A DNA stretch of 64,000 nt from Rickettsiales bacterium (GCA_965222515.1 CBDCUE010000012.1:52813-116812), one strand, 5' to 3'; counted from the stretch's first letter, positions 49,058 to 60,667 are shown. A program made the numbers and translations. Notes: a model not told the origin generated them from the letters alone.

Positions 49058-49567
49058 TCAATTTTGTTTTGGTGTAGTATTAGCTATTTTCCATAATTCA
49101 ACTGCTTTTTCGGCCATCTATACTTGTCTTTTTTCTACAGTAGCAGAACTCCATTCTTCATATTCCTGAAGAGCTTTATTAATTAACAAATTATTTGATT
49201 CAAGAGTTTTTTTTTGAATGTTTCTCGTCCTAATATTTTGTTGTCTGAGGGAGATAGTAATGCCATATTTCCTAATCTATTGTTAAATCATTTCTATATT
49301 GTCTCCAAAAGAGGTGCCTTTGTTAATTGCTAAGCAAACCTTATTATATAATTGTTCTTGCTCTCTTGTATATTTTCTACAAATAACATTCATATAATGA
49401 TAAGATTCTTCTTCTTTTAAATTTATTATGTTATCCCATAAATCATCCCATTGTTTTTTCTTCCAAGAATGATCTCTTTGAAATTTAGGCACAAAATATT
49501 TTCTGCCATTAGACAATATTTCACCTAAATTGTCGCTATATGTGCTAATTTGTAATTTATCTCTCAT
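49058..49567 (-). pseudogene. Decayed GmrSD-like (DUF262 + DUF1524) type IV restriction/nuclease gene
   Basis: ORF 49283..49567 holds the DUF262 hallmark 'YFVPKFQRDHSWKKKQWDDLWDNI'. Downstream in two other frames I read 'NRLGNMALLSPSDNKILGRETFKKK' (a DUF1524 HNH-like motif) and 'EEWSSATVEKRQV*MAEKAVELWKI'. Most of the gene is missing, and stops and frameshifts are present. Confidence 0.6.
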
Positions 49568-49575
49568 ATTTATTA

Positions 49576-51108
49576 TTACAAACTAATTTTTTTTAGATTT
49601 CTGTATTTTACCCAGCTATAAATTAATATTTTGGTCAAAAATATTGCTGAGAACATAGATGAGATTATTCCAGCAGATAAGGTGAAAGCAAATCCTTTTA
49701 TCGGACCAGAACCAAAATTAAATAAGACTAAGGCAACTATTAAGGTTGTGATGTTGCTATCTAAAATGGTTTTGAATGCATCATTGAAACCAGTATCAAT
49801 AACAGCATAAATTGATTTCCCTGTTCTTGCTTCTTCTCTAATTTTTTCAAAAATCAAAACATTAGTGTCAACCGCCATACCAATGGTTAAAACAATTCCA
49901 GCAATTCCAGGCAGAGTTAAAGTGGCTCCGATTAGAGTTAATATTGCAAAAATAAAAACAATATTCATTATTAAAGCAGTGATTGCAAAAACACCGTAAA
50001 TTTTATATATTACTAAAATTAATAATATTACCAAAATAAAGGCAATCAAAACTGCTTTTTTTCCTGCTGCAATTGAATCAGCTCCTAAAGTAGAACCAAC
50101 AGTTCTTTCTTCTATGATGTTTAATGGAGCAGGGAGAGAACCAGCTCTTAAAAGTAGGGCCAAATCATTGGCCGTTTCAACTGAAAAATTTCCAGAAATA
50201 ACCCCTGATCCTTGCAGAATTGGCTCTCTTAAGGAAGGGGCAGAAATTACTTTGTTATCTAATAAAATTGCTAGTCTTTTGCCAACATTTTTGCTGGTTA
50301 TCTCTCCAAATTTTCTTGTTCCTTGTGAATCAAATTTGAAAGTAACTTGAGCTTGCCCTTGATAAATATTGGCACTAGCATCATTTAATGTTTCTCCAGT
50401 TAATTCTACTTTTTTACTCACTAAATAATAAGTTTTTTCATCTTCATCTGATAGAAATATTTCATAATTTTGTGGTATGTCAAACAGATTGATTGCAATG
50501 GGGGTTGTGGGATGTAAAAAGCTAAAAGTTAATTTTGCCGTTTTACCCAAAATAGTTTTTAATCTCTCTGGATTTTTTATGCCTGGAACTTGCAAGATTA
50601 TTCTGTTTAATCCTTGAGGCTGTATTAAAGGTTCTTTTGTGCCTGTTTCATCTATTCTTCTTCTAATAATTTCTAAAGATTGCTGTCTTAATTTTATTTT
50701 CTGCTCCCGAATATAACGAGCATTGTAAGTAATGATTATTTTGTATTCTTTTTGATAATTTATTTCTATATCATTGCTTAAATTTTTGAGTTCTTCCTCT
50801 AATTTTTTGTGATTTTTCTGATTATTAACTATTAATGAAATATGATTATTATCAATAGTTAAATTATTGTAGTTAATATGTGCAGATTTTAGTTTTGTTC
50901 TGACTTCATCTTTTAAAATATTGATTTTCTCGTTAAAATAAGACTTAAAATCAATTTCTAATAACAAATAAGCTCCACCTTTTAAATCTAGTCCCAAATT
51001 TATTTTTCTACCTTTAGATTCTGTAAGGATATTAGGCAATATTATCCAGATGGCATAAACACACACCAAGAATGATAGTATAAATTTCCATCTAGCTATG
51101 TGTATCAT
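49576..51108 (-). CDS. secD: Protein translocase subunit SecD
   Basis: N-terminal TM segment, periplasmic domain with 'LGLDLKGG', and a C-terminal 5-TM bundle 'GIAGIVLTIGMAVDTNVLIFEKIREE'. No secF is adjacent. Confidence 0.9.
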   Translation of the reverse strand: MIHIARWKFILSFLVCVYAIWIILPNILTESKGRKINLGLDLKGGAYLLLEIDFKSYFNEKINILKDEVRTKLKSAHINYNNLTIDNNHISLIVNNQKNHKKLEEELKNLSNDIEINYQKEYKIIITYNARYIREQKIKLRQQSLEIIRRRIDETGTKEPLIQPQGLNRIILQVPGIKNPERLKTILGKTAKLTFSFLHPTTPIAINLFDIPQNYEIFLSDEDEKTYYLVSKKVELTGETLNDASANIYQGQAQVTFKFDSQGTRKFGEITSKNVGKRLAILLDNKVISAPSLREPILQGSGVISGNFSVETANDLALLLRAGSLPAPLNIIEERTVGSTLGADSIAAGKKAVLIAFILVILLILVIYKIYGVFAITALIMNIVFIFAILTLIGATLTLPGIAGIVLTIGMAVDTNVLIFEKIREEARTGKSIYAVIDTGFNDAFKTILDSNITTLIVALVLFNFGSGPIKGFAFTLSAGIISSMFSAIFLTKILIYSWVKYRNLKKISL

Positions 51109-51110
51109 TA

Positions 51111-51485
51111 TTATTTTTTAGAGGGGTTACTTTTTTTTATAACTTTTTTACTACTAGTCCATTTTTTATCTGTTTTACTAGAAATAGTAGATTTTAATAT
51201 CTGTATGATGTTGCTATCAGAAATTTCCAAATGTGCTATATCATTCTCTAACTTAGAAATTTTTCCTAAAATTCCACCAGAAGTGATTACTATATCTCCT
51301 TTAGATAATGCACCAATCATTTTGTGATGATCTTTTACCTTTCTTTGCTGAGGTCTAATTAATAAAAAATAAAATATTACAACAATTAAGATTAAAGGTA
51401 AAAAACTCATAATGCCTCCTTGAGGTGTGGCAATAGGGGATGTAGCTTGAGCAGTTTCAGATACTGCTTGAGAAATAAAAGACAT
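51111..51485 (-). CDS. yajC: Preprotein translocase subunit YajC
   Basis: 'FYFLLIRPQQRKVKDHHKMIGALSKGDIVITSGGILGKI', directly upstream of secD. Confidence 0.85.
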   Translation of the reverse strand: MSFISQAVSETAQATSPIATPQGGIMSFLPLILIVVIFYFLLIRPQQRKVKDHHKMIGALSKGDIVITSGGILGKISKLENDIAHLEISDSNIIQILKSTISSKTDKKWTSSKKVIKKSNPSKK

Positions 51486-51614
51486 AGTGGTTTTTTAAAT
51501 AAATTAGTAATTTTTGTTTTAGTATAAATTATATGCTTTTCTATAAAATCTAAAGTAAAATGTCAACTAATATTTATAAAAATTGTAAATTTAAAAATTA
51601 CAATAGCTGTTTTT

Positions 51615-51956
51615 TTATATATTAAAACTGCTCCCGCAACCACAAGTGCTGGATGCTTTTGGGTTTTCTATTTTAAAATAACTTCCTCCTAAAGAATCTA
51701 CAAAAACAATTTCAGAACCGCTTAATAATTTGTGCGATGATGGATCTATTAAACCAAATGTTTTTTTCTCTGTGGTGATTTCCAAATCATCATTATGCTT
51801 TTCTTCCACAAAATCAAAATGATATTGAAAACCAGAACAGCCCCCTCCTGTAACTGATATTCTAAGTAAAGAATTTTGATCTTTGCTAGAGTCAATTAAT
51901 TTGGCTAAATGATTTTTTGCATCATTTGATAAAGTTATGTTTGCTTGCATATTCAT
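51615..51956 (-). CDS. A-type iron-sulfur cluster carrier (HesB/IscA/ErpA family)
   Basis: 'GGGCSGFQY' and the C-terminal 'CGCGSSF'. Length is 113 aa. Confidence 0.85.
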   Translation of the reverse strand: MNMQANITLSNDAKNHLAKLIDSSKDQNSLLRISVTGGGCSGFQYHFDFVEEKHNDDLEITTEKKTFGLIDPSSHKLLSGSEIVFVDSLGGSYFKIENPKASSTCGCGSSFNI

Positions 51957-51963
51957 AAATATT

Positions 51964-52392
51964 TTAAGGTTGTTTTTTCTTGATTACAAATAATTCTAGG
52001 CGATGATCTATCAATTCATAACCCATTTTCTGAACTATGGATTTTTTTAAATCTTCTAATTCTTGATTAAAAAATTCTACAATTTCGCCTGTATTTACAT
52101 TTATTATATGATCGTGATGGTCGTTGGTCACCAATTCATATCTTGATTTTCCGCCACCAAAATCATGTTTTTCTATAATATCTGCATCTTCTAAAAGCTT
52201 GATAGTTCTGTAAGTTGTTGCAATGGATATTTTATTATCTAGTTTTTTTGCTCTTTCAAAAACTTTTTCTACATTAGGGTGGTCAGTAGAAGTTGCAATT
52301 ACTTGAGCAATAATTTTTCTTTGCTCAGTCATTTTGATATGAGAATTATTGTTGCAATATATTTCTAGTTTTTTTAAAATTTCTTCTTTCAT
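51964..52392 (-). CDS. fur: Fur-family transcriptional regulator
   Basis: A winged-helix N-terminus, then 'YELVTNDHHDHIINVNTGEIVEF', typical of the Fur family. I cannot say whether it acts as Fur, Mur or Zur. Confidence 0.75.
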   Translation of the reverse strand: MKEEILKKLEIYCNNNSHIKMTEQRKIIAQVIATSTDHPNVEKVFERAKKLDNKISIATTYRTIKLLEDADIIEKHDFGGGKSRYELVTNDHHDHIINVNTGEIVEFFNQELEDLKKSIVQKMGYELIDHRLELFVIKKKQP

Positions 52393-52997
52393 AGCAAGTG
52401 ATTTAATTTATTATATATTTCTGCTAATTCACTATTTCCTGAAAAATGATCAATAAATATACCATCTTCATCAAGTAAATAAATTAAATTAGAGTGATTT
52501 ACCATATAACTGTTTTTGTTATCAGGATCATAGTAATTTTTGCTAGCATATATTTTGTATTTATTAGTAATTTCTTTAATATTTTTATTGCTACCAGTTA
52601 ATGCTATAAAATTCTTGTGAAAATTTTTGATATATTTTTGCAAAACAGCAACCGTGTCTCTGTCGGGATCTACTGATATAAATACTAAATTTAATTTTTC
52701 TTGTTGTTTCTTTTTTAGCTTGTTAGTTGCTGTTGTAATTAAGTTTAAGCTATTTGGGCAGATGGAAAGACAGCTGCTAAAACCAAAATATAGCAAGCTG
52801 AATTTATTTTTTAAGTGAGATAGGTTTGTTTTTTGTCCATATTGATTAATCAAATTAAATTCTCCACCGATAAATCTATTTTGATATTCTTCGGCATTGA
52901 ATGGTTTTTTTGTTTTGTTGATGGTGTAAATGAATGCGGTTATGATAATTACAGCACTTAGAATGATTAGGGATATTGTTTTTGAATGAAGTTTCAT
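52389..52997 (-). CDS. SCO1/SenC family copper chaperone
   Basis: N-terminal TM anchor and thioredoxin-like 'YFGFSSCLSICP' (CxxxC), plus the downstream His in 'MVNHSNLIYL'. Confidence 0.8.
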   Translation of the reverse strand: MKLHSKTISLIILSAVIIITAFIYTINKTKKPFNAEEYQNRFIGGEFNLINQYGQKTNLSHLKNKFSLLYFGFSSCLSICPNSLNLITTATNKLKKKQQEKLNLVFISVDPDRDTVAVLQKYIKNFHKNFIALTGSNKNIKEITNKYKIYASKNYYDPDNKNSYMVNHSNLIYLLDEDGIFIDHFSGNSELAEIYNKLNHLL

Positions 52998-53063
52998 TTT
53001 TTATCTTGTAATAAAAGTAATTATATATTATTTTTTGTCAAAATTTATATATGTAATAATATT

Positions 53064-53579
53064 ATGAAAAATTTAGAGTTCAACAAAATTTCTGCAGCAA
53101 TTTTATTAGCAGGTGTAATTGCAATGATGTCTAGCTTTATTACTGACATTTTATTTCAACCAAAAGAATTTAAAAGAGGCTATGTGATAGAGGTTGAGGA
53201 AAAGAAAGAGCAAGGTATATCTGCAAAAAAGGAAGTAGCTAAAATTGTGGATATTCATTTATTGATTAAAAGTGCTGATAAAATAAGAGGTGCTAAAATT
53301 GCAAAAAAATGCACTGCTTGCCATAGTTTTGGTCAAGGAGAAAAAAACAAAATAGGCCCTAATTTATATTCTGTGATAAATAGAAATATTGCCAGCAATA
53401 CTAGCTTTAAATATTCATCTGCTTTGCAAGACAAATCAGCTGAACAATGGAATTATAAAAATTTATATTCTTTTTTAACATCACCAAGAAAATTTGCTAA
53501 AGGCACAAAAATGTCTTTTGCTGGAATTAGAAAACCACAACAAATTGCTGACTTAATAAAGTTTTTAGAAGAATATTAG
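53064..53579 (+). CDS. Membrane-anchored c-type cytochrome (CycM-like)
   Basis: The start was moved to the ATG at 53064 ('MKNLEFNKISAAILLAGVIAMM', a TM anchor). It has the heme motif 'CTACHSF' and 'GTKMSFAGI' (Met ligand). Confidence 0.8.
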   Translation: MKNLEFNKISAAILLAGVIAMMSSFITDILFQPKEFKRGYVIEVEEKKEQGISAKKEVAKIVDIHLLIKSADKIRGAKIAKKCTACHSFGQGEKNKIGPNLYSVINRNIASNTSFKYSSALQDKSAEQWNYKNLYSFLTSPRKFAKGTKMSFAGIRKPQQIADLIKFLEEY

Positions 53580-53620
53580 GAAATTGCTGATTGCCTAAAA
53601 TTTTTTTTTAGCAATTTTTT

Positions 53621-53737
53621 TACTATATACTAATTTTGGCTTTATAATTGACCTATAGCCTTCAATCTGCTTAGCATAAATTGCTTTTTTTAATAATCTG
53701 TTAGCTATATGGCTAGCAAATAATTAAAAATAACAAA
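53621..53737. repeat. Truncated copy of the palindromic MITE-like element (left arm + core; right arm missing)
   Basis: 'TACTATATACTAATTTTGGCTTTATAATTGACCTATAGCCTTCAATCTGCTTAGCATAAATTGC...' is collinear with 28621-28735. Confidence 0.7.
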
Positions 53738-53799
53738 AAAGTCTGTGTAAATGTTAAATAGATTGCAAACAGCGAATAACAACCTTAACTTTAAGAAAT

Positions 53800-55185
53800 A
53801 TGAGAATTATAATTTGTGGGGCTGGGGAAGTTGGCCGAAGTATTGCCAAGCAACTGGTGTTTGAGGGTAATGATATTACTATTATAGAACAATCTGAAGA
53901 ATTAATAGATAGGGTTAATAAGCATTTAGATGTAAAAGCTATTATTGGATATGCTTCTCATCCAGATACTTTGAGAAAAGCAGGTGCAGAAAAAACAGAT
54001 ATGATTATTGCTGTTACTCAATCTGATGAAATAAATATGATAGCTTGTCAGGTTGCTCACTCTGTTTTTGATATTCCTAAAAAAATTGCTAGAATTAGAA
54101 CTCAAAGCTATTTAATTGGAGGTATGGAAAAAAAAATATTTTCTAACAACCATATACCCATAGATGTCATAATTTCTCCAGAATTAGAGGTGGCTAAGCA
54201 TATTTATGAGAAATTACATATTCCAGGTGCCATAGAGGCCATATCTTTTGCTGATAATAAGGTAAAAGTTATTTCTTTAAAAATATTAAAAAACTCTCAA
54301 GTAGAAAAGCTTACCTTAGAAGAGGCTAATAAGAGAATAGAGCATCTTAATTCAACTTTTATTGGAGTTTTTAGAGAAGATTCTTTTTTTATGTATAAAT
54401 CAAAAAACTTAATAGTAGAAAATGACGAGATATTTTTAATTTCAGATATAAAATCGTTAAAAGAAACAATGGGATTTTTGGGACACGAAGAAGAAGAATC
54501 TCAAAAAATTAAAATAATTGGTGGAGGAAGAATAGGGACTTCTTTGGCTAAAAAATTAGAAAAAAACGATAGTTCTTCCAGTGTAAAAATTATTGAAAGA
54601 AATGTTAAGAGGGCAAATAAAATTGCAGAATTATTGAGTTCTACAATAATAATTAATGGAGATGCTTTGGAGCAAGAGATTTTGGATGAAGCAAATATTT
54701 CTTCTGCAGATACTTTAATTTCTGTGTCTAATGATGATGAAGTAAATATTTTATCTGCTTTGCTTGCTAAAAAAAGTGGTTGTAAAAGAGTTATTGCCAT
54801 AATTAACAGTGCTTCTTTTGCCCCTCTTTTTTCTTCTTTAGGTATAGATGCGATTGTGGTTCCTAGAGAAATCACAGTATCTACAATTTTAAAGCATATT
54901 AAAAGATTTGAATTGGTAAATATTCATTCAATTTGTAATGCGATGGTAGAAATTACTGAAATAGTTCTACCAGAAGAGGCTTATGCCATTGGCAAGACTA
55001 TTTTAGATCTAAGATTGCCAGAAGGTTTGGATATATGTATGATAATTAGAGATGATGAAATTATAATATCAACTTTAAAAGATAAGCTTATATCAGGAGA
55101 TAGGTTGATAATTTTATGTAAGGCAAAAGACAATAAGCTAATAGCAAAATTTTTTTCTGATAAGCATAAAAATAAATATTTTTAA
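53800..55185 (+). CDS. trkA: Trk system potassium uptake protein TrkA
   Basis: Two RCK/NAD-binding halves, 'MRIIICGAGEVGRSIA' and 'IKIIGGGRIGTSLA'. Length is 461 aa. Confidence 0.85.
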   Translation: MRIIICGAGEVGRSIAKQLVFEGNDITIIEQSEELIDRVNKHLDVKAIIGYASHPDTLRKAGAEKTDMIIAVTQSDEINMIACQVAHSVFDIPKKIARIRTQSYLIGGMEKKIFSNNHIPIDVIISPELEVAKHIYEKLHIPGAIEAISFADNKVKVISLKILKNSQVEKLTLEEANKRIEHLNSTFIGVFREDSFFMYKSKNLIVENDEIFLISDIKSLKETMGFLGHEEEESQKIKIIGGGRIGTSLAKKLEKNDSSSSVKIIERNVKRANKIAELLSSTIIINGDALEQEILDEANISSADTLISVSNDDEVNILSALLAKKSGCKRVIAIINSASFAPLFSSLGIDAIVVPREITVSTILKHIKRFELVNIHSICNAMVEITEIVLPEEAYAIGKTILDLRLPEGLDICMIIRDDEIIISTLKDKLISGDRLIILCKAKDNKLIAKFFSDKHKNKYF

Positions 55186-55308
55186 CTAAAAATAGTATTA
55201 CAACTAAAGACATCTCCAATTTATTTTTTAACTTTTGCTAGTCATTAAGTTTTTTATCTAATAATTTATAAAAGCTTTGCAAAGGTTATTTTAGATGATT
55301 TGCTATCT

Positions 55309-56700
55309 TTATGATTTTGTTTTTAATCTATCAAAATCAGAGTTATTGAGGTCGTCGCTGTAAATTTTATTATCAATTTTATTGTTTACATAAATATATA
55401 ATATGTTTCTTAGGGAATCTTTTTTTTGATAAGAATATTCTCCTATGATGTGTTTTGTTATGTTTGGAAAGATAAAATTAAGGCTGTTGTCAACTCTATT
55501 GCTGTGTAATGAAAAATATCTAGGATAGGAAATAATATTAAATGCTATTATTGCAGATTTTTTAAGATGTTTCTTGATTGACTGAAAAAATTCAATTGTA
55601 ACTAATTGTGAGGGTATAGTATGTCTATTACTGTAGGTATCTGCTATAATAATATCGTATTTTTTCTTGTGATTATTTAAAAATGCTCTTGCAGGTTGAA
55701 CAATAAATTTCTTGTTTTTCTGCAGTTTTTTATTTAAAAAATATTGTTCTGATATTTTCTTTAACCCCTTATCTATATCAATATAAGTGTAATTATTGAA
55801 ATTATCATTCAAGCCAATGGTAAAACCTCCAGATCCTATAATTAAAATATCTTTTTTTCTGTTTTGATATTGTATGTCAATGATATTGTCTTCAATATAT
55901 GTTAGATATTTGAATCTTTTTTCTGGATTGTCGCTTGTTTTTGCAGAACTAGAATTATTAATGCTTAATATTTTAGAGTTTTCATAATCCAAGTTTATAT
56001 TATGAATTCTTATAGTAGAATATAATTTATCGCTTTTTATATCAAACTTTTTATGTGCTTGTTGCTCTGTTATAGCAAATAATGTAATAATTATAGCTAT
56101 AATGATTGTGTATTTTTGTTGTTTTCTTTTGTTTAAAATAACACTTATAAGAAAAATAGAAAATAATGTAAAAATTATTGAAACTGACACACCTAAATAA
56201 TTTACTAATACTAAAGTAGTGAAGATTGAACCTATGAGAGAGCCAAGGGTGGAAAAAAATAATATTTTTCCAGTTATATGAGTTAGTGTGTCATTGGTAA
56301 AATAATTTGAAGTTAAAGGGATAGTTTGTCCAAGAAGATAGATGGGATATATGAAAAATGAAGTCATATATAAAGAAGTATGTAAAATATTGTTATCGCT
56401 AATCATTGTTAATAGCTCAAAAACAGTAAAAAATGTCCATAAAGAAAACCCTATCATAAGAGAAATAGAGGCATTTATAAGATTTTGGTTTAACTTTTTT
56501 CTGATAGTATTTTTAGAATATCTTCCTCCGTGATAATAACCAATAGCAAGTGGTAATAAAACAAATGAGATAATTATGGCAGTAACACTGATACTACTTC
56601 CTGCATAAGGTATAATTCTTCTTAAAATTAATAATTCAGATGCAAGGACTACGAATCCTTCAAGAAAAATTATTAATAATATGGTAATATTTTTATTCAT
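55309..56700 (-). CDS. Fused polytopic membrane / spermidine synthase-like (aminopropyltransferase fold) protein
   Basis: ~200 aa of TM helices, then 'KDILIIGSGGFTIG' and 'YDIIIADTYS', typical of spermidine-synthase-like methyltransferase folds. Confidence 0.6.
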   Translation of the reverse strand: MNKNITILLIIFLEGFVVLASELLILRRIIPYAGSSISVTAIIISFVLLPLAIGYYHGGRYSKNTIRKKLNQNLINASISLMIGFSLWTFFTVFELLTMISDNNILHTSLYMTSFFIYPIYLLGQTIPLTSNYFTNDTLTHITGKILFFSTLGSLIGSIFTTLVLVNYLGVSVSIIFTLFSIFLISVILNKRKQQKYTIIIAIIITLFAITEQQAHKKFDIKSDKLYSTIRIHNINLDYENSKILSINNSSSAKTSDNPEKRFKYLTYIEDNIIDIQYQNRKKDILIIGSGGFTIGLNDNFNNYTYIDIDKGLKKISEQYFLNKKLQKNKKFIVQPARAFLNNHKKKYDIIIADTYSNRHTIPSQLVTIEFFQSIKKHLKKSAIIAFNIISYPRYFSLHSNRVDNSLNFIFPNITKHIIGEYSYQKKDSLRNILYIYVNNKIDNKIYSDDLNNSDFDRLKTKS

Positions 56701-56786
56701 TTTAATATATATTTATTCAAGTTGATTTTTATATAATAATAAATTATTAATTGGTAGCAATATAAATAATAAAAATTTAGGAAAAA

Positions 56787-57332
56787 ATGTTTGAACATAA
56801 AAAAGATACTATATATGGAACTACTATCCTTTCTGTTAGAAAAGGTAAGGATGTTGCGATTGCAGGAGATGGGCAAGTAAGTCTTGGGCATACTGTAATG
56901 AAATCTACTGCTAAAAAAATAAGAAAAATAGGAGATGGCTCTATTATTGTTGGTTTTGCAGGTGCCACGGCTGACGCTTTTACTTTATGCGAGAGACTAG
57001 AAACTAAATTAGAACAATATCCTAAACAATTAACTAGGGCTTGTGTGGAATTAGCCAAAGATTGGAGAACGGATAAATATTTGAGAAGGTTAGAAGCTAT
57101 GATGATTGTGATAGATAAAAATATCTCTTTAATATTATCAGGAACAGGTGATGTGATTGAACCAGAAGATGGGATTGTTGCTATTGGATCAGGAGGTAAT
57201 TATGCATTAGCTGCTGCTAGAGCTTTAAAAGATAGTGATTTAAGCCCTGTTGAAATTGCTAAGAAAGCAATGAAAATAGCTTCTGATATTTGTGTTTATA
57301 CAAATAATAACTTGGTAATAGAAAAATTATAA
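56787..57332 (+). CDS. hslV: ATP-dependent protease subunit HslV
   Basis: '[24 protein letters not shown]' with the N-terminal catalytic Thr. Length is 181 aa. Confidence 0.9.
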   Translation: MFEHKKDTIYGTTILSVRKGKDVAIAGDGQVSLGHTVMKSTAKKIRKIGDGSIIVGFAGATADAFTLCERLETKLEQYPKQLTRACVELAKDWRTDKYLRRLEAMMIVIDKNISLILSGTGDVIEPEDGIVAIGSGGNYALAAARALKDSDLSPVEIAKKAMKIASDICVYTNNNLVIEKL

Positions 57333-57355
57333 ACTTTTAAAAAAACAATATAAAA

Positions 57356-58672
57356 ATGATAGAAAATTTAACTCCTAAAAAGATTGTTGCAGAATTAAAT
57401 AAATATATAATAGGTCAAGATGATGCAAAAAAAGCTGTATCTATTGCTCTTAGAAATCGCTGGAGAAGGCAAAATGTTCCAGAAGATTTGCAAGAAGAGA
57501 TTATGCCTAAAAATATTTTGATGGTAGGTCCTACTGGAGTTGGAAAAACAGAAATTGCTAGAAGATTATCTAAATTAGTTAATGCTCCTTTTATTAAAGT
57601 AGAAGCTACAAAATTTACTGAAGTAGGTTATGTAGGGAGAGATGTAGAGTCAATCATTAGAGATTTAATGGAAGTGGCTATTCAAATTGAGAAATCTAAA
57701 CACCAAGAAAGTGTTAAAGAAGTTACCAAGCAAAAGGCAGTAATGAAAATTTTGGATGTTTTAGTAGGTGACACTGCTAGCTATGAAACAAGAGAGAGCT
57801 TTTTGCAAAAAATATTGTCAGGTGAATTAGATGATAATGAAATAGAAGTTGAGGTTAGTGATGCAAAAAAAAACTCTGCTCCTTTTGATCTATCAGCAGG
57901 TGCTGGAATTGGAGTGATTAATGTTAGTGATATGTTAGGTAAAGCACTTAGTTCTGGTAAAAAGAAAAAGAAAAAGATGAAAATAAAAGAAGCTTTGGAG
58001 GCTTTAATTGCTGATGAAACAGAGGAAATGTCAGATGATGATTTAATCACTAGAAATGCTATTAATGCTGTTGAAAATGAAGGTATTGTCTTTATTGATG
58101 AAATTGATAAGATTGCTGTAAGGCAAATGGGATCTTCTGGTAGAGAAGTGAGTAGAGAAGGGGTGCAAAGAGATTTATTACCACTTTTAGAAGGAACAAT
58201 CGTAGTTACTAAATATGGTAATATAAAAACTAATCATATTTTATTTATTTGTTCAGGTGCTTTTCATCAAGCAAAGCCAGCTGATTTACTTGCAGAATTA
58301 CAAGGTAGATTGCCAATAAGAGTTGAGTTAAATCCATTATCTAAAAAAGATTTGGTAAGAATTCTAACAGAACCTATAGCAAGTCTTCCTGTTCAATATA
58401 CTGCTTTACTGAAAACTGAAAAAATTGCCTTAGATTTTACTGAAGAAGGGCTTAAAGAAATTGCTTCTATCGCTTCTAGAGTCAATGAAAAAGTAGAAAA
58501 TATAGGAGCAAGAAGATTATATACTATTGTTGAAAAGATATTATCAGATGTTAGTTTTGAAGCAGATAGCTTGGTAATTAAAAACATAGCAATTGATAAA
58601 AAATTTATTAAAGAAAACACTAAAAACACTGATTTAGAAAAATTAGATGACTTATCTAAATTTATCTTGTAG
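57356..58672 (+). CDS. hslU: ATP-dependent protease ATPase subunit HslU
   Basis: '[34 protein letters not shown]', Walker A '[15 protein letters not shown]', '[10 protein letters not shown]'. Confidence 0.9.
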   Translation: MIENLTPKKIVAELNKYIIGQDDAKKAVSIALRNRWRRQNVPEDLQEEIMPKNILMVGPTGVGKTEIARRLSKLVNAPFIKVEATKFTEVGYVGRDVESIIRDLMEVAIQIEKSKHQESVKEVTKQKAVMKILDVLVGDTASYETRESFLQKILSGELDDNEIEVEVSDAKKNSAPFDLSAGAGIGVINVSDMLGKALSSGKKKKKKMKIKEALEALIADETEEMSDDDLITRNAINAVENEGIVFIDEIDKIAVRQMGSSGREVSREGVQRDLLPLLEGTIVVTKYGNIKTNHILFICSGAFHQAKPADLLAELQGRLPIRVELNPLSKKDLVRILTEPIASLPVQYTALLKTEKIALDFTEEGLKEIASIASRVNEKVENIGARRLYTIVEKILSDVSFEADSLVIKNIAIDKKFIKENTKNTDLEKLDDLSKFIL

Positions 58673-58749
58673 TTTGAAAAAAATCATCTAGTTTTTTCTT
58701 TAAGAGTCTTAAGTATAAGATCTGTTATAACAAACTTTTTTAACCATAA

Positions 58750-59793
<1,044 letters not shown>

Positions 59794-59810
59794 TTATTGA
59801 GTTTATTGTT

Positions 59811-60629
59811 ATGTATAGAATTAGCAATGTTACAGTTTTAGGTCAGGTTGTTTTATTTTTTGTTAGAAATTCTATAATTATTGCTCTTTTTTTATCTTTA
59901 GTTTTATTATCTATTGCAAAAACTAAAATAGATTTTAATAAAAACACTCATAACATAATATTATTTGCAGTAGAACCAATATTTTGGGGAGTAGATTTTC
60001 CTATATATGTTGGTAAAAATATTGCTAACTATGTTAAAAATTATTTTTTTGTTTATCAGCATAATAAAATTCTTGCAACTGATAATATCAAGCTTAAAGA
60101 AAAACTATTATCTATTGCATATTTAGAGAATGAAAATAATTTGTTAAGAGATAGATTAAACTTTACAGAAAAAGAAATTAAAGGTCATATTACAACAAGA
60201 TTGTTTGCTAAGACAAATAATCAGAATCTGGCAATTATTTCAAAAGGAAAGAAGGATGATATCAAAATAGGTCAGGTAGTAACTGCTAAAAATAATTTGG
60301 TAGGCAGAGTAATAAAAACATCTAATTATCATTCATATATATTGCTAATTGATGATTTCTATTCAAGGATTCCTGTTTATAGCTCCATCAGTGATAATAA
60401 AGCAATCTTAACTGGGGAAAATAATAATTTTCTAAAATTAAAATATTTATCTAAAAAACATAATATAATAAATGAAGAAATAATATATACATCAGGTGAT
60501 GGAAAAACTTATCCAAGAAACATACCAATAGGAGTAACATCAATAGATAAAGAAACTAGAGAAGTCATCGTAATTCCTTTTATTAATCCAAATAAAATGT
60601 CAGTAGTTACAATATTATTGCAGAAATAA
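59811..60629 (+). CDS. mreC: Rod shape-determining protein MreC
   Basis: TM segment, coiled-coil 'LENENNLLRDRL', then a beta-rich C-terminus. It lies immediately downstream of mreB. Confidence 0.75.
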   Translation: MYRISNVTVLGQVVLFFVRNSIIIALFLSLVLLSIAKTKIDFNKNTHNIILFAVEPIFWGVDFPIYVGKNIANYVKNYFFVYQHNKILATDNIKLKEKLLSIAYLENENNLLRDRLNFTEKEIKGHITTRLFAKTNNQNLAIISKGKKDDIKIGQVVTAKNNLVGRVIKTSNYHSYILLIDDFYSRIPVYSSISDNKAILTGENNNFLKLKYLSKKHNIINEEIIYTSGDGKTYPRNIPIGVTSIDKETREVIVIPFINPNKMSVVTILLQK

Positions 60630-60638
60630 ATTTTATAT

Positions 60639-60667
60639 TTGCAAGATATTAAAAAATATGTTACCAT
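60639..60667 (+). promoter_or_regulatory. Candidate sigma70-type promoter with extended -10
   Basis: TTGCAA (60639-60644), a 17-nt spacer 'GATATTAAAAAATATGT', then TACCAT (60662-60667). The layout matches the promoters of the two giant genes. Confidence 0.45.

Noticed and set aside
52986-53063. Upstream start of the cytochrome c ORF, overlapping the SCO1 gene start
   Set aside because: The first 26 codons ('MKFHFLSCNKSNYILFFVKIYICNNI') are unlike a signal or anchor. The ATG at 53064 gives a typical short N-terminus followed by a TM anchor.
56697-57058. Minus-strand ORFs 56697..56891 and 56777..57058
   Set aside because: They overlap the hslV coding region and its promoter region in antisense. 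hslV is unambiguous, and these ORFs have no motifs.
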